DNA from: Synechococcus sp.
Lineage (GTDB): Bacteria; Cyanobacteriota; Cyanobacteriia; PCC-6307; Cyanobiaceae
DNA length: 64,000 nucleotides
Assembly: GCA_047285305.1 (NCBI GenBank)
Contig: JBJBDL010000003.1
Location: 928,001 to 992,000 of the forward strand
Direction of reading: 5' to 3'
Shown: positions 27,403-36,419 of the stretch, in pieces
How positions within the stretch are numbered: position 1 is the stretch's first letter
Layout of the letters: each line of letters starts with the position of its first letter
The notes under the pieces: generated by a model
The model's database searches: none
What the model was told of the DNA's origin: nothing
Seen by the model: only the letters and a program-made list of their open reading frames with translations
Made by a program: the position numbers and the translations under genes

Positions 27403-27414
27403 CTTCGTTGCTGC

Positions 27415-27612
27415 TCAACGGCCTTCTAGGGCTAAGGCTTGATCCATTCTCTTCTCCTCGGCAGTGAGGAAATCGGCCCACATCCCTATGAGAAAGCTCA
27501 GAGTAGCTAAGGCCTGTAGCTGCTCTTTCGAGCCAGGGCGGGTGTGTTTGAAGTCGATGAACATGCGATCAGCGGCTGATTGCTGTTCTTGGCATCGGGC
27601 GTCGATAGACAT
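27415..27612 (-). CDS. hypothetical protein (65 aa)
   Basis: ATG start 2 nt after the upstream stop; ends at the hairpin. Confidence 0.65.
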   Translation of the reverse strand: MSIDARCQEQQSAADRMFIDFKHTRPGSKEQLQALATLSFLIGMWADFLTAEEKRMDQALALEGR

Positions 27613-27614
27613 TG

Positions 27615-27803
27615 TCAGGCCTCAACAACAGTTTTTAGGTCAGCTTTTTGATGAGCCTCTATGGAGGTTGCTTCAGCTGACTTGCTGCGTGGGGAGTCAC
27701 CAGCGTTGGAGCCGCCCATAAAGACAACCGAAGTGATGACAGCAACGATCACGCTCCCACTCAAAAAGGCGATGTTCGCTTGCGATTTTTTGACATGACT
27801 CAT
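27615..27803 (-). CDS. hypothetical membrane-anchored protein (62 aa)
   Basis: basic N-terminus plus hydrophobic helix IAFLSGSVIVAVITSVVFM. Confidence 0.55.
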   Translation of the reverse strand: MSHVKKSQANIAFLSGSVIVAVITSVVFMGGSNAGDSPRSKSAEATSIEAHQKADLKTVVEA

Positions 27804-27859
27804 GTGGTCACACTACAAGCATTCGTTACATTTCGTCTTGTACTCGCTTTCGGGCCCTT

Positions 27860-27961
27860 ATGCCCATCTCCAGTCAAGACCTGATCGTCTTCTTTTGCGG
27901 CTTTGGCGTGGCTCTCGTAGCCCTGAACCTCTACAAGTTGGCGCAGCCAGCAAAAGGCTGA
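27860..27961 (+). CDS. 33-aa single-TM microprotein (not in ORF track)
   Basis: MPISSQDLIVFFCGFGVALVALNLYKLAQPAKG. Confidence 0.5.
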   Translation: MPISSQDLIVFFCGFGVALVALNLYKLAQPAKG

Positions 27962-28096
27962 GGTCAAAGTTGAACCCCTGGGGACGATCTGAGTCACTAG
28001 AGCATTGGTCACCCAATTGGTGGCGCCAGTATCGACAAGTGGCTTTTTCGCGCGTTGTAGGGCTACCACTTACAACAGGGTTAAAGGCATCCCCGC

Positions 28097-28282
28097 TTGG
28101 TCAAAAAACTCCATTGCCGCGTGTGCGGGAAGACAATCGAACTATCTGAAGTTGCTGCGAAGTACGCGGCTGGCTCAGCTGTACACGCTACGTGCGTTCC
28201 CAAGCCCAAGATCACTCGGAAAGGTCGCTCCTTTAAGTATCTGACTCGCTGGTTGGATCGTGTCTTGTGCGCATCCGACTAA
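28097..28282 (+). CDS. small basic protein with CxxC...HxxC
   Basis: HCRVCGK ... VHATCV; TTG start. Confidence 0.5.
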   Translation: MVKKLHCRVCGKTIELSEVAAKYAAGSAVHATCVPKPKITRKGRSFKYLTRWLDRVLCASD

Positions 28283-28448
28283 GAGGGGGCTAGCTCCTTC
28301 ATGCCGCCACCGTTTCGCCGCTACCCATGCGGTGCACTGCGTTCCAGTTGAGGCAACCGCTGCCTCCTCCCCTCACAATTAATGAGTCTTCTGACGGGTA
28401 GGCCGGCATGCGTTTTCCGCCTATTACGAGTCAAGTCGCCACAAGACC

Positions 28449-28559
28449 ATGGACATGATGTTCTTCATAGGCGTGAATATCGCTCTTCTCGGCTTGCTCG
28501 TCTACGGCCTCATGACGGCCAAAGAGAAGATCAAGGCTGGCCGTAAAGAGATCGTCTGA
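28449..28559 (+). CDS. 36-aa single-TM microprotein (not in ORF track)
   Basis: MDMMFFIGVNIALLGLLVYGLMTAKEKIKAGRKEIV. Confidence 0.55.
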   Translation: MDMMFFIGVNIALLGLLVYGLMTAKEKIKAGRKEIV

Positions 28560-29018
28560 CGTATTGGCTCACTAGCTGAGATCTCGGCCTGAGGTCCATG
28601 GCCTGCCCTATGGACGCCAGGCGCATTTTCATGGATGTGACTTTTGGCGACACCTGTTCCATGCATCTAGTCTGGATCCCGGGTCTCCTGGTCGATGTTG
28701 GGGATCCATGAAGAGGTTGTCGGTGGAGCGGCGCCACACCGGGACGAAAACGTTCAGCTTCTCGGCGAGCAACACGTCGAGGCAGGCCCAGCAAGACAGC
28801 AAGCCTTGATGGTTAGCGACCCTCCGTAGTTCTCGATGCTGCTAGTGAGCCAGAGCGGATTGAGCTGACCGCTCCAGGATTTGTTGTTGAGGCACTCCCG
28901 TGTGTCCAGCATCGAGTGGACATCACCACCAGCTGGCAGCACGGGCCAGATCACATCCAAGGTGCTCATCTCTGCCCTTGCCGCCATCCAGAGGCGTGGC
29001 TCGCCATAGCCGGTCGCC

Positions 29019-29249
29019 CTAGGTCAAGCCCCCGTCATGGAGTTCGAACAGCAGGCGGGCGGCGAGGCCACGGGAGATGCGTCGTGCCACGAGCAGATCG
29101 CAGATCCATTTGAAGAGCGGTGGCGCATCGGTGGTGGATGCCAGGCGTTGTTCGAGGGCCTTCAGCTCCTTCACGTCGCGGCAGCCCCTTAGGGCATCGA
29201 TCAGGGTGTCTTCAGCCGGCCGCGGCTTAGTGAGCTGAGTGCTGGTCAC
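29019..29249 (-). CDS. hypothetical protein; start uncertain (ORF extends to 29324)
   Basis: host-like codon usage; helical protein EDTLIDALRGCRD...LLFELH. Confidence 0.65.
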   Translation of the reverse strand: MTSTQLTKPRPAEDTLIDALRGCRDVKELKALEQRLASTTDAPPLFKWICDLLVARRISRGLAARLLFELHDGGLT

Positions 29250-29328
29250 AGGCGTTGGCGCTAAATCCCCTCTGTCATGGCACTGGCGCAGTGCCCCTGT
29301 CACCCTTCGCCGCAGCGGAGGCATTTAC

Positions 29329-29358
29329 AAAAAAAGCTCCGGTGATCTCACCAGAGCT
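29329..29358 (-). terminator. rho-independent terminator with no obvious upstream CDS
   Basis: minus strand AGCTCTGGTG-agat-CACCGGAGCT running into a T7 tract. Confidence 0.75.
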
Positions 29359-29491
29359 CGAAGCATTCTCACCAATATTTTTCATGATCTGGTTTGGTTC
29401 CGTCAAAGGAGGTCGGCACATCTGATTGATTGCATTGGCGCGGCTTATCTCTTGTTTGAAAAGAGGGCTAAGCAAGGCTCCTTAAGATCAT

Positions 29492-32269
29492 TTGATGAAC
29501 CAATCGACACCGGCCACGCCCCGATCCGAGCCCGATGTCGATCGCAGTGCTCCACTGAATCCCTCAGAAATCTTTCCCTTCCCGCTGGATGATTTCCAGT
29601 TGGAGGCCATGGATGCCCTCAACCAGGGACATTCGGTCGTGGTCAGTGCCCCCACAGGATCCGGCAAAACCCTGATAGGTGAATACGCCATTCATCGTGC
29701 ACTGGCCCACGGCCAGAAGGTCTTCTACACCACACCTCTGAAGGCTCTTTCCAATCAGAAACTGCGCGATTTCCGCGATCAGTTCGGTGCGGAGAACGTG
29801 GGTTTGATGACCGGTGACCTAAGCGTGAATCGCGAGGCTTCCATCGTGGTGATGACCACGGAGATCTTCCGCAACATGCTCTACGCCGAGGCGGATGAGC
29901 ATGACGATCCCCTGGCTGATGTGGAAGCGGTGGTGCTCGATGAGTGTCACTACATGAACGACTCCCAGCGCGGCACTGTCTGGGAGGAGTCGATCATTCA
30001 CTGCCCACCCACAGTGCAGCTGGTGGCGCTCTCCGCGACCGTGGCCAATGCCGGGCAGCTGACCGACTGGATCGAGAAGGTTCATGGTCCGACCACGTTG
30101 GTGATGAGTGACCACCGGCCGGTGCCACTGCAGTTCAGCTTCTGCAGTGCTAAGGGGTTGCATCCACTGCTGAACGAAGCCGGTACGGGTCTTCATCCCA
30201 ACTGCAAGGTCTGGCGCGCGCCCAAGGGACACAAGCGCAAAGGACGTTCCCAGAGGCCGCCGCAACCCGAGCCACCACCGATCAGCTTTGTTGTGGCTCA
30301 GATGGCGGAGCGGCAGATGCTCCCGGCCATCTATTTCATCTTCAGCCGGCGCGGTTGTGATAAGGCGGTGCGGGACCTGGGGGTGCAGTGCCTGGTGACC
30401 CAGGAAGAGCAGGCGCGGATCAAGGAGCGCCTAACCGCCTATAGCCACGACAACCCCGAGGCAGTTCGGGATGGAATTCACGCTGATGCGCTGCTGCGGG
30501 GTATCGCTGCCCACCACGCCGGTGTTCTGCCCGCCTGGAAGGAGTTGATCGAAGAGCTCTTCCAGCAGGGGTTGGTGAAGGTGGTCTTTGCCACGGAGAC
30601 CCTGGCGGCGGGCATCAACATGCCGGCCCGCAGCACGGTGATTGCGGCCCTCTCCAAGCGCACAGAGCGGGGCCATCGCTCGCTGATGGGCAGTGAGTTC
30701 CTCCAGATGGCCGGCAGGGCCGGCCGGCGTGGCCTCGACTCTCAGGGCTACGTCGTGACGGTGCAAAGCCGGTTCGAAGGTGTGCGTGAAGCAGGTCAGC
30801 TGGCGACAAGTCCTGCCGACCCCCTGGTGAGCCAGTTCACCCCCAGCTATGGCATGGTTCTGAACCTGCTGCAGCGCCACGATCTGGCCAAGGCCAGGGA
30901 GCTGGTGGAGCGCAGTTTTGGCCGCTACCTGGCAGGGCTTGACCTCGTGGAGGACGAGGAGAACCTGTCTCAGCTGCGGTTGCAACTCAGCCAGCTGGAG
31001 GGCGTCGCCGGCGACATCCCCTGGGAAGACTTTGAGGACTACGAAAAAATGCGTGGGCGGCTCCGCGAAGAGCGGCGCTTACTCCGCATCCTTCAGCAGC
31101 AGGCCGAGGAGACGCTGGCCAATGAGCTGACGATGGCCCTGCAGTTCGCCAGCACCGGCACCCTGGTCAGCCTCAAATCGCCGCAGCTGCGGGGTCGTGT
31201 CGCGCCCGCGGTGGTCGTGGAGAAGGTAAAGGGGCCCGGTCAGTTCCCGCTGCTGCTCTGCCTGACCGATGAAAACGTCTGGATCCTGCTGCCCTGTCAG
31301 GCCGTGGTGAGTATCCATGCGGAGCTCAGTTGTCTGCAGGTGGATGGGCTGGATATCCCGGAGCTGTCCCGCTCCGGTGAGTTGCGCCATGGCGATCAGG
31401 CCAGTGGTGGTTTGGCGTTAGCCGTGGCCCATATGGCCCGGCGCCACGACATGACCACCCCGCAATACGACCTGGCTGGGGAGGTGTTGACCCAGGCCCG
31501 GCTGGTGCGGGATTTGGAGCAGGAGCAGGAGCAGCATCCGGCCCATCGCTGGGGAGATCGCAAACAGCTGAAGAAGCACCGCCGGCGCATGGAAGATCTG
31601 GAGCTGGAGATCGCTGAACGGCAGCAGCTGTTGCATCAGCGGGCCAACCGTCACTGGGAGACCTTCCTGGCCTTGATGGAGATCCTGCAGCACTTCGGAT
31701 GCCTCGATGAGCTGGATCCCACGGAGATCGGCCGCACCGTTGCTGCCTTGCGGGGGGACAACGAACTCTGGCTAGGGCTGGCGCTGATGAGTGGCCATCT
31801 CGATGACCTCTCCCCCCCCGATTTGGCGGCGGTGTTCGAGGCGATCAGCACCGAGGTCAACCGCCCCGACCTTTGGAGTGGCTTCCCACCGCCTGCGGCG
31901 GCTGAGGAAGCCCTGCAGGATCTTTCGGGTCTGCGTCGAGAGCTGCTGCGGGCCCAGGAACGCGCCGGTGTGGTGGTGCCGGCCTGGTGGGAACCCGAGC
32001 TCATGGGCCTTGTGGATGCCTGGGCGCGTGGAACATCCTGGAGCGATCTGATCGCCAACACGTCCCTGGATGAGGGTGATGTGGTGCGCATCATGCGCCG
32101 CACCGTGGATCTTCTGGCCCAGGTGCCCTACTGCGAAGCAATCAGCGAGCAACTGCGCAGCCATGCCCGTCAGGCTCTGAAAGCGATCAACCGCTTCCCC
32201 GTGGCCGAGGCCGAGGATCTGGTGCCGGCCTCCGCTGCGCTCAACCCGGCAACGGAGCGGGCCGCCTGA
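29492..32269 (+). CDS. Ski2/HelY-like DExH RNA helicase
   Basis: APTGSGKT, PLKALSNQK, DECH, SAT, QMAGRAGRRG and DSHCT-like C-terminus (DEGDVVR). Confidence 0.92.
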   Translation: MMNQSTPATPRSEPDVDRSAPLNPSEIFPFPLDDFQLEAMDALNQGHSVVVSAPTGSGKTLIGEYAIHRALAHGQKVFYTTPLKALSNQKLRDFRDQFGAENVGLMTGDLSVNREASIVVMTTEIFRNMLYAEADEHDDPLADVEAVVLDECHYMNDSQRGTVWEESIIHCPPTVQLVALSATVANAGQLTDWIEKVHGPTTLVMSDHRPVPLQFSFCSAKGLHPLLNEAGTGLHPNCKVWRAPKGHKRKGRSQRPPQPEPPPISFVVAQMAERQMLPAIYFIFSRRGCDKAVRDLGVQCLVTQEEQARIKERLTAYSHDNPEAVRDGIHADALLRGIAAHHAGVLPAWKELIEELFQQGLVKVVFATETLAAGINMPARSTVIAALSKRTERGHRSLMGSEFLQMAGRAGRRGLDSQGYVVTVQSRFEGVREAGQLATSPADPLVSQFTPSYGMVLNLLQRHDLAKARELVERSFGRYLAGLDLVEDEENLSQLRLQLSQLEGVAGDIPWEDFEDYEKMRGRLREERRLLRILQQQAEETLANELTMALQFASTGTLVSLKSPQLRGRVAPAVVVEKVKGPGQFPLLLCLTDENVWILLPCQAVVSIHAELSCLQVDGLDIPELSRSGELRHGDQASGGLALAVAHMARRHDMTTPQYDLAGEVLTQARLVRDLEQEQEQHPAHRWGDRKQLKKHRRRMEDLELEIAERQQLLHQRANRHWETFLALMEILQHFGCLDELDPTEIGRTVAALRGDNELWLGLALMSGHLDDLSPPDLAAVFEAISTEVNRPDLWSGFPPPAAAEEALQDLSGLRRELLRAQERAGVVVPAWWEPELMGLVDAWARGTSWSDLIANTSLDEGDVVRIMRRTVDLLAQVPYCEAISEQLRSHARQALKAINRFPVAEAEDLVPASAALNPATERAA

Positions 32270-32271
32270 GT

Positions 32272-33669
32272 TCAGGCGTCCGGAGCGGCCATGGCGTCGG
32301 GATTCACCTGCTGATCAAAGTCGGCTTCGCTGATGTGGCCGAGCTCCAGGGCCGCCTGCTTCAGCGTCAACCCCTGATGGTGGGCATGCTGAGCGATGGC
32401 ACTGGCCTTCTCGTAACCAATGCTCGGGGTCAAGGCGGTGACCAGCATCAAAGAGCGATCCACGAACCGCTGAATCTGCTCCCGATCCGGCTCCAAACCC
32501 TCCACAAGGTTCTGGCGGAAGCTGGTCATGGCGTCCTTGAGCATGCGGATCGACTGCAGCAGGTTGAAGCCGATCAAGGGCTTGTAGACATTCATTTGCA
32601 GATGGCCGCCTGCGCCAGCGGCTGCCACGGCGCCATCGAGACCGATTACCTGGGTGCAGACCATGGCCATGGCTTCGCACTGGGTGGGATTGATTTTTCC
32701 CGGCATGATCGAGCTGCCGGGTTCGTTGGCGGGCAGCCGCAACTCGCCCAGACCCGCCCGGGGGCCACACCCAAGCAGCCGCACGTCGTTGGCGATCCGG
32801 AGCAGGGCCACCGCCAGCAGGCGAAGTTGGCCCATCGCTTGGACGAGGGCGTCATGGCCGGCCATCACGGCAAAGAGGTTGTCAGCGGGACGGACCTTGA
32901 CGCCAGCGACCCGGCTCAGCTCTTCCGCAACGGCATGACGGAAGCCCTGCGGCGTGTTCAACCCCGTGCCGACTGCGGTGCCGCCTAGGGGAAGATCGCC
33001 GAGGCTGACCAGACAGTCCTCTAGCCATGCCTGGGCTTGTTTGAGTTGATCCCGCCAGGCGCCCACTTCATCGCCCAGACGCAGGGGCACCGCATCCTGC
33101 AGATGAGTGCGGCCAATCTTGACGATGGGCATCCAGGCATGGGCTTTGGCATCCAAGGCCTGCACCAGGGCATCGAGCGCCGGCAGCAGCCCGTCCTTCA
33201 GGTGCTTGGCCGCGGCGACGTGAATAGCTGCGGGAAACACATCATTGGTGGATTGCGACCGATTGACGTGGTCATTCGGGTGCACTGGGCTGTGGCTACC
33301 GAGGGCGGTGCCAGAAGCCTGAGACGCCAGATTGCTGATCACCTCGTTGATGTTCATGTTGGTCTGGGTCCCGCTTCCGGTCTGCCAGACCCGCAGCGGG
33401 AACTGGTCGTTGTGCTGGCCAGCGGCAATGGCATCGGCCGCCGTGCAGATCAGCTCAACCTGTTGTGGGCTCAGAAGCGCATGTTGGCCGTTCACCGTGG
33501 CGCAGGAGCGCTTGATCCAGGCCAGAGCCTGGATGATCTCGAGCGGGATCCTTTCGTCGCTGATGGCGAAGTTCTGAAGCGACCGCTGAGTCTGGGCTCC
33601 CCAGAGCGCTTCGGACATCACCTCAATGCCCCCCAGGCTGTCGGTTTCAATCCTGAACGGCTGCGTCAT
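32272..33669 (-). CDS. fumC: fumarate hydratase class II
   Basis: WGAQTQRS, WQTGSGTQTNMN, GSSIMPGKINPTQCE. Confidence 0.95.
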   Translation of the reverse strand: MTQPFRIETDSLGGIEVMSEALWGAQTQRSLQNFAISDERIPLEIIQALAWIKRSCATVNGQHALLSPQQVELICTAADAIAAGQHNDQFPLRVWQTGSGTQTNMNINEVISNLASQASGTALGSHSPVHPNDHVNRSQSTNDVFPAAIHVAAAKHLKDGLLPALDALVQALDAKAHAWMPIVKIGRTHLQDAVPLRLGDEVGAWRDQLKQAQAWLEDCLVSLGDLPLGGTAVGTGLNTPQGFRHAVAEELSRVAGVKVRPADNLFAVMAGHDALVQAMGQLRLLAVALLRIANDVRLLGCGPRAGLGELRLPANEPGSSIMPGKINPTQCEAMAMVCTQVIGLDGAVAAAGAGGHLQMNVYKPLIGFNLLQSIRMLKDAMTSFRQNLVEGLEPDREQIQRFVDRSLMLVTALTPSIGYEKASAIAQHAHHQGLTLKQAALELGHISEADFDQQVNPDAMAAPDA

Positions 33670-33743
33670 CGGATCCACGGCGCGATCGATCGTTGCATCG
33701 ATCATCCGTGATCACTGTCCGTTGGTCGTGGCGTCGATTCGCA

Positions 33744-34889
33744 TCAACGGTCTGGTGTTGTCCCTGAAGGCTTCACGGTTTCAATTCCCAATCTGCTGCC
33801 GTCATATCCCGCCCGCTCGCGCACTTTCCTACACCACTCCTGATGCGATAGGTACCAGTTCACGGTCTCCGCCAAGCCCTGCTCCACATTGTGGCGAGGG
33901 CTCCAGCCCAGCTCAGAACTGATGCGGTCTGAGTCAATCGCGTAGCGGCGGTCGTGGCCAGGACGGTCGGTGACTGGCGTGATCAAGTCGGCGTGGGGAG
34001 CCGATGCAGGGCGGCTCTGATCCAACTGCTCGCAAATGGCATGAACAACCTCTTTATTGGTGCGTTCACCGTGGCCTCCAACGCAGTAGCTGCTGCCCGA
34101 CGCTCCATTGCAGGCCGCCAGCAGCAATGCATCGACGTGGTCTTCCACGTACAACCAATCCCGCACATTCAGCCCATCGCCGTAGAGGGGAATCGACTCA
34201 CCTTCAGCGGCCTTCAAGGTGACCACGGGGATGAGTTTTTCGGGGAACTGCCACGGGCCGTAGTTGTTTGAGCAGTTGGTGAGCACCACAGGTAGCCCAA
34301 AGGTGTGGTGCCAGGCCTGAACGAGGTGATCACTGGCCGCCTTGCTGGCGGAGTAGGGGCTGCGGGGGTTGTAGGGAGTTGTTTCTGAGAAGCGCCCTTC
34401 GGCGCCCAGGGACCCAAAGACTTCGTCGGTGCTGATGTGGTGCATCCGAAAGCCATCCCGGCGCTCACCGCTCAAGTCCTCGTAGTGGCCCCGCACCGCC
34501 TGCAGCAGGTTGTAGGTGCCGTTGACGTTGCTCTCGATGAACACACCAGGGCCGGAGATGGATCGATCCACATGGCTTTCCGCTGCCAGGTGCATCACCA
34601 GATCAGGGTCGGCCTCCCGCACCGCAGCCTCAACTGTTGTTGCATCGGTCAGATCCACCTTCTGAAGCTTGTGCCGAACGTTCGCCGCTTCGCCTAGTTC
34701 GCTCAGCACCTCCTCAATGGAGGACAGGTCGCTGGCATAGCCCATCTTGTCAAGATTGAAGACGGTGACTGTGGTCTCCTTCAACAGCCTGCGCACGACG
34801 GCACCGCCAATGAAGCCGGCACCTCCGGTGACCAGAACTCTGCGGCGATTTCCCAGCAGGTCGGAGGCGGAAGGCATGGACGAAACCAT
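33744..34889 (-). CDS. rfbB: dTDP-glucose 4,6-dehydratase
   Basis: GGAGFIG, AAESHVDRS, HISTDEV, YSASK, DRPGHDRRY. Confidence 0.96.
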   Translation of the reverse strand: MVSSMPSASDLLGNRRRVLVTGGAGFIGGAVVRRLLKETTVTVFNLDKMGYASDLSSIEEVLSELGEAANVRHKLQKVDLTDATTVEAAVREADPDLVMHLAAESHVDRSISGPGVFIESNVNGTYNLLQAVRGHYEDLSGERRDGFRMHHISTDEVFGSLGAEGRFSETTPYNPRSPYSASKAASDHLVQAWHHTFGLPVVLTNCSNNYGPWQFPEKLIPVVTLKAAEGESIPLYGDGLNVRDWLYVEDHVDALLLAACNGASGSSYCVGGHGERTNKEVVHAICEQLDQSRPASAPHADLITPVTDRPGHDRRYAIDSDRISSELGWSPRHNVEQGLAETVNWYLSHQEWCRKVRERAGYDGSRLGIETVKPSGTTPDR

Positions 34890-34947
34890 TGGTGAGAGCG
34901 TGGGTTGGTGAGTTGTTTGGGGTTGGGGCGTGGAACTCAGTCGCCCT

Positions 34948-35832
34948 TCATGGCGTTTTGGCTTGCTTCAACACGGCCTTGAGGGCTTGCTGCCAGTGCT
35001 CGCCCTTGAGGTCCAGGGCTGCTCGGGTGGCGGTGCAGTCAAGGAGGGAATAGGCCGGCCGTTCAGCGGGCGTCGGATAGTCCGCTGTAGTGATCGGTTG
35101 AACGGCTGCGGGTGTGTCGATGAGCCCCAAATCAGCCCCGATTTGGCCAACGGCTACCGCCACGTCATACCAGCTGGCGGCGCCGGCATCACTCCAGTGC
35201 ATTACCGCCGGCACGTCGCGGTCATCAGCAATCTGCAGGGTTTGCCAGCAGGCTTGAGCGAGGTTGAGGGTGCTGGTGGGACAGCCCACTTGATCGGCGA
35301 CAACACCGAGTTGATCCCGTTCGCGGTGGAGGCGGAGCATGGTGAGTGCAAAGTTCTTGCCCACGGGCCCGATCACCCAGCTGGTGCGCAGGATCAGCCC
35401 CCGGCCTCCTGTGCCAAAAATCGTCTGGACCGCAGCTTCTCCAGCGGCTTTGCTGGCGCCGTAAACCCCGAGAGGGTCACGGGCTTGCTCGGGTTGATAG
35501 GGCGTTCCCTGGGTCCCGTTGAAGACGAAGTCGGTGCTGATCTGGAGCAGGCGTCCCCCTTGTTGATTAAGCGCGAGGGCAAAGGCTTCCGGTGCCCCGG
35601 CATTCACGGCATGGGCCAGCTCGGGCTCCGACTCGGCCTTGTCCACAGCCGTATAAGCACCGGCGTTGAGCACCCAGTCGGGTTGGTGCTGTTCCACGGC
35701 GCTGCGGCAAGCTTCAGGGTCCGCCAGGTCAAGCTGCTCACGGCTGGTGGCCACCAGCTTGATTCCCACAGGGGCGGAAGCGATCAGAGCCTGGCCCAGC
35801 TGACCGCCAGCCCCGGTGACCAGCACCTTCAT
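34948..35832 (-). CDS. rfbD: dTDP-4-dehydrorhamnose reductase
   Basis: GAGGQLG, AYTAVDKAE, STDFVF, YGASK. Confidence 0.95.
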   Translation of the reverse strand: MKVLVTGAGGQLGQALIASAPVGIKLVATSREQLDLADPEACRSAVEQHQPDWVLNAGAYTAVDKAESEPELAHAVNAGAPEAFALALNQQGGRLLQISTDFVFNGTQGTPYQPEQARDPLGVYGASKAAGEAAVQTIFGTGGRGLILRTSWVIGPVGKNFALTMLRLHRERDQLGVVADQVGCPTSTLNLAQACWQTLQIADDRDVPAVMHWSDAGAASWYDVAVAVGQIGADLGLIDTPAAVQPITTADYPTPAERPAYSLLDCTATRAALDLKGEHWQQALKAVLKQAKTP

Positions 35833-36419
35833 GGGAAAACGTCTCCGGCTACCTCAGCGGCTTTGAACCCTGTTGCTTTGGCATCTTTGCCGGAGAGGCT
35901 CACCGCGGCGCCCTGTAGCCGATTGATCGGCCAGGCAATGGCCAGATCTGGATCATTCCAGACGATGGCCCGTTCACAGGATTTGTTCCAGAACCCTCGG
36001 GCCTTGTATTGCACCTCTGCAACATCGCTGAGGGTGAGAAAGCCGTGGGCGAAGCCCTCAGGAATCCAAAGCTGGTATTTGTTCTCGTCACTCAGTTCGG
36101 CGCCGACCCAGGCGCCAAAGGTTGGTGAGTTGCGTCGGATGTCGATGGCGACGTCGTAGATCGCCCCGACCGTGGCACGCACCAGCTTGGCCTGGGGTTC
36201 CGGAGCGAGCTGGTAGTGCAGTCCCCGCAGCACGCCCTGAATTGAGCGGGAATGGTTGTCTTGAGAGAACAGCACCGATTCGCCAACGGCTTCATCGAAC
36301 TTGCGTTGGTTCCAGTTTTCGTAAAACCAGCCACGGTCATCGCCGAAGACTTGGGGCGTGATCAGCAGGGGACCCTGCATCACCGCGCCGGACGGGGTTT
36401 TGAGTTGTTCAAGCTGCAT
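35829..36419 (-). CDS. rfbC: dTDP-4-dehydrorhamnose 3,5-epimerase
   Basis: DDRGWF, QDNHSRS, LRGLHYQ, GFAHGF. Confidence 0.96.
   Translation of the reverse strand: MQLEQLKTPSGAVMQGPLLITPQVFGDDRGWFYENWNQRKFDEAVGESVLFSQDNHSRSIQGVLRGLHYQLAPEPQAKLVRATVGAIYDVAIDIRRNSPTFGAWVGAELSDENKYQLWIPEGFAHGFLTLSDVAEVQYKARGFWNKSCERAIVWNDPDLAIAWPINRLQGAAVSLSGKDAKATGFKAAEVAGDVFP

Larger units (their letters stand above)
26584..29491. other. accessory islet of short hypothetical ORFs, visibly more AT-rich than its flanks
   Basis: no long ORF; many 33-80 aa ORFs on both strands; weaker GC3 bias. Confidence 0.75.

Noticed and set aside
29405..29413. Perfect plus-strand SD AAAGGAGGT as a ribosome-binding site
   Set aside because: No ATG or GTG at suitable spacing; read instead as anti-SD on the minus strand
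26584..29491. Prophage or integrative element interpretation of the islet
   Set aside because: No integrase, transposase, tRNA or direct repeats seen
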